From positions 1,184,001 through 1,248,000 of the forward strand of contig OZ240215.1 in assembly GCA_965197585.1 (NCBI GenBank): a stretch of 64,000 bases of DNA, written 5' to 3'. Position 1 is the first letter of the stretch; the number at the start of each line of letters is the position of its first letter. The notes below the pieces were generated by a model, which made no database searches, had not been told where the DNA came from, and saw nothing but the letters and a program-made list of their open reading frames with translations. Origin of the DNA: Dehalococcoidia bacterium (lineage in GTDB: Bacteria > Chloroflexota > Dehalococcoidia > Plut-88900). Positions 1 through 9,911 of the stretch are shown here, piece after piece. The translations under genes and the position numbers were made by a program.

Positions 1-1609
1 GATGGGGTGTTATATGTGCAATGATCGATCACGACGACTCATGCCGGGTGGCCGATGATTGAGTTGTGCACCAGCGATGGGATGAGATTGCGGCCCCATA
101 TGCGGGTTGTCCGGCCGTGCCATACCCGCCACAGGGTGCGCAGATTGAAGGCCGAGGCCAACAGGCCCCACTCGGCGGCCACGTTGTTGAGACCCCGCAG
201 CAGGAACCTACGCGCCGCCTGCTGCTCTTTGATGATCCCGAAGACCGGCTCTACCAGACCCTTCCTGCGACGGTACAACTCTCTGGCTTCATCGCTGCCC
301 ATCCAGGACCGATGACGACGCAAGGCTGTGTCGTGGGGCCCTATCTCAAGCCCTCGCCCATGTCGGCCGTCCCTCGTACACACCCCGAAGACCGGACACC
401 CTCGGCAGATGGCCCCCGAGGCCCGGTAGAGCCGCATCGGTATCCCCCGGGTGCGCTTGATTCTGGTGAAGCGTAGCCGTTGTCCCTGTGGACAGATGTA
501 GCTGTCGGTATCCTCATCGTAGGCGAATCGGTCCTTGTGATAGGGGCGGCCCAGTGCCCGACGCTGTGCCTCCGGCATCACAACTTTCTGCTCTCTGCGC
601 CCACACTGCTGCAGATTGCTCCCTGAGTGATAGCCCGCATCGGCCAGCGTCGTCTCAGACCTGAGGCCGGTGGTCTCCTCCGCCCTCTGAAGCATTGGAA
701 CGAGTTGGGAATGGTCGTCGGGATCATCGGCTACCTCTACTGCAGTGATCAACATGCCCTTCCCGCCTGTGTCGGTCTTCGTCGGCGATACCATCGCCTG
801 TGCGTTGTAGCAGGGCGCTATCCCCCGGCGAGTCCTCATCAGACGTGCGTCTTTATCCGTGAGGTTTATCTGTCTAAGTTCGCTACGCTCCGAGAGTTCG
901 TCCATAGCTCGGCGCACCTTCTCTCTCAGCGCCGTCTTCTCGGTCAACTCATCAGGCAGATGGGCGGGTGCGGCACCCTCACCCGTCTCGTTCTCAGCCT
1001 CCAGTTCCTTCAGCGACTGGTCCACACGCCTCAGCAGCCGCTCCAATCCTTCTCCATCCAGGGTCCTGTCTCCCGTCGCATTCGCACCCACCTTCGTGCC
1101 GTCCACAGCCTGCAGCGTCAGGTCGATAAGGTCCATCCCGAGCGCCGTTTGCACTGTGCGCTTCAGCAGTTTACGCATCGACTGGCGATTGCTCTTGTAA
1201 AACCTCCACAGCGTGTTGTGATCTGGGCGCTGCCATCCCGTCAACCATAGGTACGGCACCTGGTCACGGCAGGCCCCCTCCAGCTTGCGGCTCGACCTAA
1301 CCCCTGTCATGAATCCGTACAGCCACACCCCCAACAATGCCCTGGGATGGTACGCCGGCGCTCCCGTCCAGCTTCCATCAATGTCTACTCCCATCTCTGC
1401 CCAGTCCTCTCGATCCAATGCATCGACGAACTCCGCCACGAACCGCACAGGATGATCTTCCGGCACCATCTCATCCAGGGTCGGTGGCAGCATCCACACC
1501 TGCTCTCGTCCCATCGGTCTCAGTGGCATCTCCATAACCTCCACTCAGAGCTTCTCCCCTCCAAGTTTACCCTGATGCATAAACCTCCACTCCCTTTTGA
1601 GACAGGCTC
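1..1609 (-). mobile_element. IS1182-family insertion sequence (one end visible, other end probably outside the window)
   Basis: Contains the transposase. Terminal sequence GAGCCTGTCTCAAAA (minus strand, 1595-1609) resembles IS1182-type ends and directly abuts a GTAG-type palindrome half (1610-1626). Confidence 0.8.
39..1529 (-). CDS. IS1182-family DDE transposase (DUF772 + DDE_Tnp_1_6-like)
   Basis: Motifs GAPAYHP, SSRKLE, PDHNTLWRF, AVDGTKV, ADAGY, YICPQG, VEPVFGIIK, FLLRGL. Start placed at ATG 1529, 8 nt after GGAGG. Confidence 0.93.
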   Translation of the reverse strand: MPLRPMGREQVWMLPPTLDEMVPEDHPVRFVAEFVDALDREDWAEMGVDIDGSWTGAPAYHPRALLGVWLYGFMTGVRSSRKLEGACRDQVPYLWLTGWQRPDHNTLWRFYKSNRQSMRKLLKRTVQTALGMDLIDLTLQAVDGTKVGANATGDRTLDGEGLERLLRRVDQSLKELEAENETGEGAAPAHLPDELTEKTALREKVRRAMDELSERSELRQINLTDKDARLMRTRRGIAPCYNAQAMVSPTKTDTGGKGMLITAVEVADDPDDHSQLVPMLQRAEETTGLRSETTLADAGYHSGSNLQQCGRREQKVVMPEAQRRALGRPYHKDRFAYDEDTDSYICPQGQRLRFTRIKRTRGIPMRLYRASGAICRGCPVFGVCTRDGRHGRGLEIGPHDTALRRHRSWMGSDEARELYRRRKGLVEPVFGIIKEQQAARRFLLRGLNNVAAEWGLLASAFNLRTLWRVWHGRTTRIWGRNLIPSLVHNSIIGHPA

Positions 1610-1677
1610 GGGGGGTGTCCCCTACGGGGGAAGGGACTGGACCTCACCCCTGCGCAACCACGAGAGTTTGCCCCTAC
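1610..1677 (-). repeat. Two GTAG-family REP-like palindromes (family D), one interrupted by IS1182
   Basis: Minus strand GTAGGGGCAAACTCTCGTGGTTGC (1654-1677) and GTAGGGGACACCCCCC (1610-1625). Plus-strand relatives at 24352-24374, 27899-27923, 40315-40337. Confidence 0.7.
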
Positions 1678-1747
1678 AGGAAAGGGCGCTGAAGGCCATT
1701 GATGGGTCTGGCAATGGTCTCACAAAGGGGGAGGTGCTTAGAGAGAC

Positions 1748-2419
1748 TCAGGTTCGTATCATGATGCCGCCGTCAATGAAGACGGGTTCGCCAGTGGTGA
1801 AGGCGCAGGAGTCGGAGGCGAGGTAGACGAGGGTGCCAGCGAGGTCCTGAGGCCTGCCCCAGCGCTGCATGGGAACGTAGCGGCGGATTTTGTCGGGGAG
1901 TGCGTCATCAGAGTCGACGATCCAGCCGCCGACGATGGCATTGACGCGGATGTTGTCTCGGGCCCACTCGAGACCAAGGGCGCGGGTGAGGTGGATGACT
2001 CCAGCCTGGGCCGCGGAGAAGGCGCTCTGATTGACCACCACGCGGGCTCCGAGGCCCGAGGCGATGTTTACTATACGTCCCCGCTGCTGTGCCAGCATGT
2101 GGCTAGCGACTGCTTTGCAGGAGAGGAACACCGAGTCCAGGTTCAGGTCTATGGCGGCGCACCATTCGTCATAGGTCATATCGGCGAGGGGTTTGGCGAA
2201 GTCTGAGGCGAGGTCGTTGACGAGAATGTCTATGCCACCGAGATCAGATATGGCATTAGAGACGGCGGCTTCGAGGCCGTCCGTGCCGCCGGGCCAGGAG
2301 ATAGTGGCGAGGGTTGCGCCGGCATTGGTAAGTGCGCCTGCGAGAGCCGGGGCATTGATGCCGCCGCGTGTTACGAGGACTGCGTTTCTGCCCTTGAGAT
2401 TGAAGGGAGCGGGGGACAT
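1748..2419 (-). CDS. SDR-family protein with degenerate catalytic motifs (probable pseudo-enzyme)
   Basis: SDR scaffold (GGIDILVN, GRIVNIAS, NIRVNAI, TGEPVFIDGG), but no TGxxxGxG, NNAG is NDLA and YxxxK is FSAAQ. ATG lies 1 nt after the upstream stop. Confidence 0.85.
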   Translation of the reverse strand: MSPAPFNLKGRNAVLVTRGGINAPALAGALTNAGATLATISWPGGTDGLEAAVSNAISDLGGIDILVNDLASDFAKPLADMTYDEWCAAIDLNLDSVFLSCKAVASHMLAQQRGRIVNIASGLGARVVVNQSAFSAAQAGVIHLTRALGLEWARDNIRVNAIVGGWIVDSDDALPDKIRRYVPMQRWGRPQDLAGTLVYLASDSCAFTTGEPVFIDGGIMIRT

Positions 2420-2420
2420 G

Positions 2421-3233
<813 letters not shown>

Positions 3234-3269
3234 ATTGTGACCAGTGTGGAAGAGATTGGGTTGCGGCCT

Positions 3270-4091
3270 TTATTGGCCGTGCAGCGTAACTTCTCCGGAT
3301 ACCAGGGTTTTCAGCTCGCCTTCGGCGGTGCGTAGGAGGAGACGGCCATATTCGTCGATGTCTTCGGCGCGGCCTTCTTCCACGAAACCGAGCTTGTCTT
3401 CCCTGCGCCATTGTACACGAACGTGCTGGCCCAGGGTGACGAGATAGGAGCGCCACAGGTCGAGCAGATCGCTGCCGGAAACGGCTTCGAGATAGAGCTT
3501 TTCCAAGTGATGGAGCAGGGCGCAGAAGACTTCTAAACGGGAGACGGGTTGGCCGGCCTGCACGCGGAGGCTTGTGGCGGGCGGGGTGATTTCGGAGAGG
3601 GACTCGGCGGTCTGGTTGACGTTGATGCCGATGCCAGCGTTCACATATAGCTTGCCCTCGCGGTCCCGGTTGGAGGTGAGGAGTATACCGGAGGTCTTTT
3701 TGCCGTCGAGGAGGACGTCGTTGGGCCATTTGATGGCGGGTTTGAGGCCGGCGGCGGTCTCGGCGGCGCGGGCCACGGCAAGAGAGCAGACGATATGGAG
3801 CCGGGCGGAGACGGAGGGCGGGGGTCGAAGGATTATAGAGACTGCAATGGCGGCGCCCTTCTCGACGACCCACTCTCTGTCGAAGCGGCCGCGGCCTGCG
3901 GTCTGGTCGTCGGCGAGGATGACAGTTCCCTCGGAAGCGCCTGCCATGGCCTTCATATCGGCGACGTCCATGGTGGTGGGAATGGTGTCGTAGAAAAGAA
4001 GGTCGCGGCCCATGAAGGAAGTGTTGAGGTTGTGGCGGATGGACTCGGCGGAGAAGGATTCGGGTTCGGTGGGGTGGTGGGGGGTGGTCAA
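3270..4091 (-). CDS. birA: Biotin--[acetyl-CoA carboxylase] ligase, no N-terminal HTH
   Basis: QTAGRGRFDREW, KWPNDVLLDGKKTSGIL, GIGINVN, C-terminal IDEYGRLLL...SGEV. Confidence 0.93.
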   Translation of the reverse strand: MTTPHHPTEPESFSAESIRHNLNTSFMGRDLLFYDTIPTTMDVADMKAMAGASEGTVILADDQTAGRGRFDREWVVEKGAAIAVSIILRPPPSVSARLHIVCSLAVARAAETAAGLKPAIKWPNDVLLDGKKTSGILLTSNRDREGKLYVNAGIGINVNQTAESLSEITPPATSLRVQAGQPVSRLEVFCALLHHLEKLYLEAVSGSDLLDLWRSYLVTLGQHVRVQWRREDKLGFVEEGRAEDIDEYGRLLLRTAEGELKTLVSGEVTLHGQ

Positions 4092-5617
4092 GAAGCGAGC
4101 TCCAGGTCTCGGAGGATGGCATGGGCGGCGTTGTGGCCCGGGGCCCCGGACACGTAGCCGCCCGGATGGGTCCCGGCTCCGCAGAGATAGTAGTTTTCGA
4201 TTGGGGTGCGGTAGCTGTTCCAGCCTCGGAGAGGACGGTAGGCAAAGAACTGCTGAGGGGTCATATCCAGGTGGAGGATGTCGCCGTTGGTGAGTCCGAC
4301 CTCGCGGACGAGGTCCAAGGGCGTGACTACCTGCCTATCGATGATGGCGTCCTTGATGTTGGGAGCGTAGACGGAAAGGGCATCGACGATGAGGTCGGCC
4401 ACCTGTTCCCGGGCGTCGTCCCAGGAGCCATCGGCCAACTCGAAGGCCGCGGTCTCGACCCATACCGACATACAGTGTTTGCCCTCGGGGGCCATTGAAG
4501 GGTCGTAGACGGAAGGGATTTGCATGATCATGGAGGGGTGGTGGGGGAGGCGGCCGGCATCGGCGTCGGAGCGACCGGCCTTCACATGGTCGAGACTCGG
4601 GCACATCCTGACCCGGCCCAGGTATCCGAGTTCCCAGTCACCGCCAAAGTAGTGGCTCAGGTCCGGGGGCTCGGAGAGGGATGCGTGGAGCTTCATGGAG
4701 GCGCGCATGTTCTTGAGGGACCGGATGCGGGCCCGGAAGTCGGAGGGAAGGTGTCCCTCGTCGACGATTTCTAAAAGGGAGCGCTTGGGATCGAGGTTTG
4801 AGACTACCGTCCCGGCCCTGATCTGACGGCCGTCGATAAGCTCTACGCCGATAGCTGATCCGTTTTCAATGAGGACACGTCGGACCTCGGCGTTGGTCTC
4901 GAACTGAGCACCGTGGGATCGAGCGGCCTGCTCAATGGAACGGGGCAGGCTGCCCATGCCTCCTTGGAGGATCCCGTGGTAACGAGGATCGCCGAAGCGG
5001 GAGGTCTCCAGGCGAGCGAAGAAGAGGGGGGCGTCGTTGAAGGACCAGGCGAATAGTGCCTTGACCTGCTCGGACTCGAAGAACTGGTCGAGCATGTCGT
5101 AGGCGGAGCCGAAGAGGATACGTTCGAGGACTGCCTCGTCGTCGGTGCCCTGGACGGAGGCCATGACCTCGGCGAGGGTGGGAGGGGGAGTGAGCATATA
5201 GGGGTGAATGATGCGGGCGGCCCTTTCCCAGAAATCGACCCATTTGAGGTAAGCGTTGGCGTCCGGGGGGGAGATGCGGGCGATTTCCTCGGCGACCTGG
5301 GCGTCGTCGTTCCAGACTCGAACGGCTCGTCCGTCGGGGAAGGGGTGGATGCGTTCGGGGTCGACGGGGAGGACCTTGAGGCCGTGAGATTCGAGGTTGA
5401 GGTCCTGCACGACCTTGCCTTCGAGAAGGAGGGCGGCATAGGAATAGCGGGGAAGGCGGTAGCCGGGAAATATCTCGTCGGTGAGGGTTGCGCCGCCGAG
5501 GACGTTGCGGCGTTCCAGGGAGAGGACTCGGAGGCCGGCCTTGGCCAAGTAGGCGGCGGTGGTGAGCCCGTTGTGGCCCGCGCCTATGATGATTACGTCA
5601 TAGTCGGTGGATGGCAA
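4088..5617 (-). CDS. FAD-dependent oxidoreductase, phytoene dehydrogenase-like / PYROXD2-like
   Basis: GAGHNGLTTAAYLAKAG dinucleotide fold, GGMG, YRTPIENYYLCGAGTHPGGYVSGAPGHNAA. Confidence 0.9.
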   Translation of the reverse strand: MPSTDYDVIIIGAGHNGLTTAAYLAKAGLRVLSLERRNVLGGATLTDEIFPGYRLPRYSYAALLLEGKVVQDLNLESHGLKVLPVDPERIHPFPDGRAVRVWNDDAQVAEEIARISPPDANAYLKWVDFWERAARIIHPYMLTPPPTLAEVMASVQGTDDEAVLERILFGSAYDMLDQFFESEQVKALFAWSFNDAPLFFARLETSRFGDPRYHGILQGGMGSLPRSIEQAARSHGAQFETNAEVRRVLIENGSAIGVELIDGRQIRAGTVVSNLDPKRSLLEIVDEGHLPSDFRARIRSLKNMRASMKLHASLSEPPDLSHYFGGDWELGYLGRVRMCPSLDHVKAGRSDADAGRLPHHPSMIMQIPSVYDPSMAPEGKHCMSVWVETAAFELADGSWDDAREQVADLIVDALSVYAPNIKDAIIDRQVVTPLDLVREVGLTNGDILHLDMTPQQFFAYRPLRGWNSYRTPIENYYLCGAGTHPGGYVSGAPGHNAAHAILRDLELAS

Positions 5618-5953
5618 GGGTGTACTCCTGGTGGGTCGGCGTGGGAATGGTAAGGGGTGGGGGGAGTGGGGTCAACATGGTGTACTCGTTCGATAGATTA
5701 GTGACACGCCGGGGTTTTATTCAGTCCTCCAGAGGCGGACCCACCCAAGGCGGATGTTCCATCTTAGATTGTGGGGTTTCGGTTTCCGTTCTGTCTGTTG
5801 GGTTTTGGGTTGGCGATGGAAGAGGCCCTCTTGCCCTCTAACTGGCTTTGCATTCTCTCTTTGCGGGTGTTCCGGCTGTCGGGGGACCTGGAGAGCAGGC
5901 CCCGCCTGAGAGGGAGGGACTTACAGCCGGCCGTGCCCTTTGCTCGATTATAT

Positions 5954-6230
5954 TCACGGACCGATCCAGGGCAGGATGTCCGTCAGAGGCTCCTTTTTTG
6001 GGCTGTATGCCACTATGGGCACGACGGGGCCAGTGATCCAGCTGTGGCCCCACAGCCTGACTAATGATTTTTCAGTATGCCGGAGCGATACGGAGCAAAT
6101 CCTCCGGCACCCCCTCGCCGTAGCGCGCTAACTCTTGCAATGCGGTCCGAACTTCGAGACGGTTCTCTATGGGGGTCTTACGGTCCGCGAGTACATCTCC
6201 TGTCACCCTTGTTGTAATCTCTCCGTGCAC
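5954..6230 (-). pseudogene. Possible decayed coding fragment of unknown function
   Basis: Protein-like reading VHGEITTR...LQELARYGEGVPEDLLRIAPAY*KIISQAVG, then after a one-base shift in a G run HSWITGPVVPIVAYSPKKEPLTDILPWIGP*. No family recognised. Confidence 0.3.
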
Positions 6231-6514
6231 CCCGCCCTTGGATTCCCGACTACTCGGGAATGATGGGGTGGGGGTGACAGGAGAGGGGTGGGAGTAGAAA
6301 GCCAGGGCGTCTTTCCATCGCCTGGGTGTCAGGGAAGGGGGCACGGGACCCGGTGGGGATGAGGAGATGGCGACTTTCGCTTGTGCCGCGGGCCTGCGCG
6401 AGGGCCGTTGGGATGGGCTGAGGCGTTGAGTCCTCGGGTGGGGCCGAGTGGGCTTCCCTGGGTTTTTGGTTCCTCCTTTGGTTAGTTAGGGTGAGTGACG
6501 AGCTAGTCGAGGGG

Positions 6515-6543
6515 ATAATAGTACATATGTACACATCCGTCAA
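6515..6543 (-). promoter_or_regulatory. Sigma70-type promoter with a palindromic operator (LexA-like)
   Basis: TTGACG (6538-6543), 17 bp spacer, TATTAT (6515-6520). The spacer holds the perfect palindrome GTACATATGTAC (6521-6532). AAAGGAGG follows at 6472-6479. Confidence 0.6.
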
Positions 6544-6592
6544 GGGGTTCGTGTCACATTGGAGGGGACGCCACCCCATTCCGTTCTTGAGA

Positions 6593-6736
6593 CCCTTCGA
6601 CTTCGCTCAGGGCGAACGGAATTCCCCACACCGGTGGATGGATTCACGCCTAGGCGCACTTACAGCCGACTCTCGGCGGCCGGAATGACGGAGAGGACGC
6701 TGTCCCTCAGATTCATAGCGGGGACACGTGATGACG
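6593..6736 (-). repeat. Cluster of REP-like palindromes (families A and B) in reverse orientation
   Basis: CCCTTCGACTTCGCTCAGGGCGAACGG (6593-6619) is the reverse complement of the 30207-30233 type. GGATTC...GGAATGAC (6640-6689) is the reverse complement of family A. A further reversed family A copy lies at 6240-6263. Confidence 0.75.
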
Positions 6737-6752
6737 GGGGGTGAGGGGAGTC

Positions 6753-7001
6753 CTACCCCTCCAAAACCTCGAACGAAAAACTCTCAATCACCGGGTTAGC
6801 CAGCAGCTTCCTGCACATCTCCCCAACCTGCGCCTCAGCCGCCTCCTGAGTCCCCTCGTCCACCCTGACCTCGATATACTTCCCCGCCCTAACCTCCCGC
6901 GCCGACGCAAATCCCAAAGAATGAAGAGCCCCCAGGATTGTGAGTCCCTGGGGGTCGTTCACGGTCGGTTTCAGCGTTACGTGGACTTTCGCTAGGTACA
7001 T
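6753..7001 (-). CDS. purS: Phosphoribosylformylglycinamidine synthase subunit PurS
   Basis: LKPTVNDPQG, VRAGKYIE, MCRKLLANPVIE. Confidence 0.95.
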   Translation of the reverse strand: MYLAKVHVTLKPTVNDPQGLTILGALHSLGFASAREVRAGKYIEVRVDEGTQEAAEAQVGEMCRKLLANPVIESFSFEVLEG

Positions 7002-7020
7002 TCCCTCGTGTCTGTGCCGT

Positions 7021-7656
7021 CTATCTCAGCTGTCCGTCCACCGTCTCCGGGCCCTGATCATAGTGTGCGTTGATGAATGATGTTATCGTGGCCTCATTGT
7101 ACTGGAACAGCGGCAGGTAATATTCCCAAGCGGCCAGGGTAATGTCCGCCGGCAACGTAGCACGCGGCGCCACTATGTAACCCTTTGGGTATCCGGGCTG
7201 CGCCATCATGAACTGCCTGAGTTGCTCCACCTCCGCTGGCGGCGCCGAGGGACGGTAGTAAGCAATTATCCCTCCGTGCTCCATGTTGTGAATCAGCACT
7301 TCATCGGGAATGATGTCGCCGTAGAGGCCCCAGCTAATGGGGGCCAGACCCTGCTCGGACCAATGCTGACCCGAGGTGGGCGGGTCGGAGGCGTACCCTG
7401 AGCCCCTGGATCCAACGGGGATGTGCTCGGCCGACGTGGACTTGAAGTAGAATTCGCCAGGGACGGTGGCCCCGGCTACCGCATCCGGTGCAGTTACTTC
7501 ATTCGTTTCATCCGGCTGCTCCGGAGTGTTCGTCAACGCAGGCGCTATCACCGTGATCACAAAGAAAAGCGCCACTCCGGCGATGATGAACCACTGATAT
7601 TTCTGCCAGAAGGATTTGCCGCTGGGCGGCCCGACCGGACCTCTACGTCTTGCCAA
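7021..7656 (-). CDS. DUF3105-family membrane-anchored protein
   Basis: One N-terminal TM helix, Y-x-x-x-PPTSG-x-H-W, IHNMEHGGI, ITLAAW, C-terminal GPE. Confidence 0.8.
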   Translation of the reverse strand: MARRRGPVGPPSGKSFWQKYQWFIIAGVALFFVITVIAPALTNTPEQPDETNEVTAPDAVAGATVPGEFYFKSTSAEHIPVGSRGSGYASDPPTSGQHWSEQGLAPISWGLYGDIIPDEVLIHNMEHGGIIAYYRPSAPPAEVEQLRQFMMAQPGYPKGYIVAPRATLPADITLAAWEYYLPLFQYNEATITSFINAHYDQGPETVDGQLR

Positions 7657-7698
7657 ATTAGCCTCTATTCGTTCCTAAGTTCACAATCAAGTATCCCA

Positions 7699-8598
7699 TT
7701 ATAGCTTTTTCCCTGTCAACCGCATGTAAGCCTCTTCGTAGCGCTCTGCGGTCTTGTTTGCCACATCATCAGGGAGGGGAGGAGCGGGGGGTTCCCGGTC
7801 CCAGCCCAGCTCTATCAACCAGTCCCTCACGTACTGCTTGTCGAAGCTCTGCTGCGACCTGCCAACCTCAAAGTCCTCCGCATCCCAGAACCTGCTTGAG
7901 TCCGGTGTCAGCAATTCGTCGATAAGGTGCAGCCGACCGTCTATTATCCCGAACTCCATCTTCGTGTCTGCGATGATAATTCCACGTTCCGCCGCGTAGT
8001 CCCGGGCGAACGCGTACACCGCTATGCTCGTGTCCCGCAGCCTGTCGGCCATCTCGTTGCCTACCATGTCCTGGACCTGCTGGTAAGTCATGTTCTCATC
8101 GTGGCCCGTTTCTGCCTTGGTCGTCGGCGTGAACAGCGGCTCCGGGAACTTCTGCGACTCTAACAGCCCCGCCGGCATCGGCAGTGTCCCTGCTGTACCC
8201 TGTCTCTTGTACTCCGACCACGCAGACCCCGTGATGTGCCCCCTCACTATGCACTCGATGTCGATCCTCTCCGCCTTCTTCACCACCATCGCCCTGTCAG
8301 ATACCTCGGTAGGCACACCCATCGCCTCCACCGCTCCGGCCAGCTCCCCCAACCCCTCCGCATCCCCCGCCATTGCGATATAGTGGTTCGGCACCAGGTG
8401 TCCCATTCGTAGGAACCAGAACGCCGACATCAGGGACAGTATCTTCCCCTTCCCCGGTATCCCGCTCGGCAGCACAACGTCGAACGCCGATATCCGGTCC
8501 GTAGCCACCATCAGCAGCTTGCCTTCTACTTCGTAGGTGTCCCTAACCTTGCCCCGGTACAGGATATTGGGCAGCGCCGAGTCTGTGAGAGTTATCAT
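7699..8598 (-). CDS. purC: SAICAR synthetase
   Basis: GKVRDTY, ATDRISAFD, FTPTTKA, IIIADTKMEFG, DELLTPDSSRFW, SFDKQYVRDW. Confidence 0.97.
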   Translation of the reverse strand: MITLTDSALPNILYRGKVRDTYEVEGKLLMVATDRISAFDVVLPSGIPGKGKILSLMSAFWFLRMGHLVPNHYIAMAGDAEGLGELAGAVEAMGVPTEVSDRAMVVKKAERIDIECIVRGHITGSAWSEYKRQGTAGTLPMPAGLLESQKFPEPLFTPTTKAETGHDENMTYQQVQDMVGNEMADRLRDTSIAVYAFARDYAAERGIIIADTKMEFGIIDGRLHLIDELLTPDSSRFWDAEDFEVGRSQQSFDKQYVRDWLIELGWDREPPAPPLPDDVANKTAERYEEAYMRLTGKKL

Positions 8599-9911
8599 TT
8601 TGCTTCACCTGTTACGCCGTTATTCAAGCCTAGTCGACGAAATACCTCGTCGACGTGCCGTACATAGAACCCGTACTCAAACAATGATTGCAGTTCCTCT
8701 GCAGGCACACGCTCCGCCACTTCTGCGTCCTCAAGGAGCAGCTTGCGGAAGTCTTTCCCTTCCGTCCAGGCCTCCAAGGAATGCTTCTGCACGACCCTGT
8801 ATGCCTCGTTCCGGTCCAGCCCCGACTCGATAAGCCGGGTCAACACCCTCTGCGAGAACACCAGCCCCCGCGTCGACTCCAGGTTCCTCGTCATATTCTC
8901 GCTATGGACCGTCATCCCTTCGATGACTCCCGTGAACAGGTCGAGACAGTAGTCCAGCGCCAGGCAGGAGTCCGGCAGAATAATCCGCTCCACCGACGAA
9001 TGGCTGATGTCCCTCTCGTTCCAGAGTGCCACATCCTCCAGCGCCGCCACAACGTGCCCGCGCATCACTCGCGCCAGCCCGCATATCCTTTCGCAAATGA
9101 TCGGATTGCGCTTGTGCGGCATCGCCGACGACCCCGTCTGTCCCTTGCCGAACGGCTCCTCGACTTCCAAGATTTCCGTGCGTTGCAGTCCTCTCAGCTC
9201 CGTGGCGAACTTCTCCAACGATGCCCCGACCAAGGCCAGGGTCATGGAGAACTCTGCGTGGATGTCCCGCTGAACTATCTGGCTCGAAATCCGGGCTGGC
9301 GTCAGGCCCAGCCTCCGGCACACCCGCTCCTCTATCTCCGGCGACACCAGGGCATACGTCCCCACTGCCCCCGAGATCTTCCCCACCCCTACCGACCCCT
9401 TCAACCTCTCCAGCCGTTCCCGATTCCGCCTCATCTCGTCGACCCACAGCGCAAGTTTCAACCCGAAGGTGATCGGCTCGGCGTGGACTCCATGCGTCCG
9501 CCCGATCATCACCGTGTCCTTGTGCTCCCGCGCCTTTGATTCAAGCGCCCTGATCAGCCGGTCAGCCTCCCCCAGCAGCAGCCCCACCGCCTCCACCATC
9601 TGCATACTCAGCGCAGTGTCCCACACGTCGGAGGTGGTCAGCCCCAAGTGCAGATACCTCGCCCCGCTCCCGACGCTCGGGTACATGGCCCGCAGGAACG
9701 CGGTCATGTCGTGCTTGGTCTCCTTCATCGCCTCGTCAAATATCGCCAGGTCGTAGGTGGCGCCACGGATTAGCTCCATCTCCGACTCGGGGATGACCCC
9801 CTCTTCCGTCCACGCTTCGCAAACAGCGACCTCTATCTGGAGCCACTTGTCATAACGGGCGTCGTCTTCCCACACCCGAGACATCGCCGGCCTTGAATAC
9901 CGAGGAATCAT
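8595..9911 (-). CDS. purB: Adenylosuccinate lyase
   Basis: MIPRYSR, HLGLTTSD, GRTHGVHAEP, GSSAMPHKRNP, ERDISHSSVER. Confidence 0.97.
   Translation of the reverse strand: MIPRYSRPAMSRVWEDDARYDKWLQIEVAVCEAWTEEGVIPESEMELIRGATYDLAIFDEAMKETKHDMTAFLRAMYPSVGSGARYLHLGLTTSDVWDTALSMQMVEAVGLLLGEADRLIRALESKAREHKDTVMIGRTHGVHAEPITFGLKLALWVDEMRRNRERLERLKGSVGVGKISGAVGTYALVSPEIEERVCRRLGLTPARISSQIVQRDIHAEFSMTLALVGASLEKFATELRGLQRTEILEVEEPFGKGQTGSSAMPHKRNPIICERICGLARVMRGHVVAALEDVALWNERDISHSSVERIILPDSCLALDYCLDLFTGVIEGMTVHSENMTRNLESTRGLVFSQRVLTRLIESGLDRNEAYRVVQKHSLEAWTEGKDFRKLLLEDAEVAERVPAEELQSLFEYGFYVRHVDEVFRRLGLNNGVTGEAK

Noticed and set aside
5880-5980. TPP riboswitch, tmRNA, RNase P or SRP RNA
   Set aside because: CTGAGA and GATCCAGG are present, but the other conserved elements and the hallmark motifs of these RNAs are absent.
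6072-6074. Selenocysteine TGA joining ORFs 6072-6344 and 5838-6053
   Set aside because: No redox motif context and no recognisable family. A TGG-to-TGA lesion or chance is more likely.
6508-6535. dif site at the skew switch (CGAGGGGATAA-TAGTAC-ATATGTACACA)
   Set aside because: Only a partial match to the XerD arm. The same bases are better explained as a -10 box plus operator palindrome.
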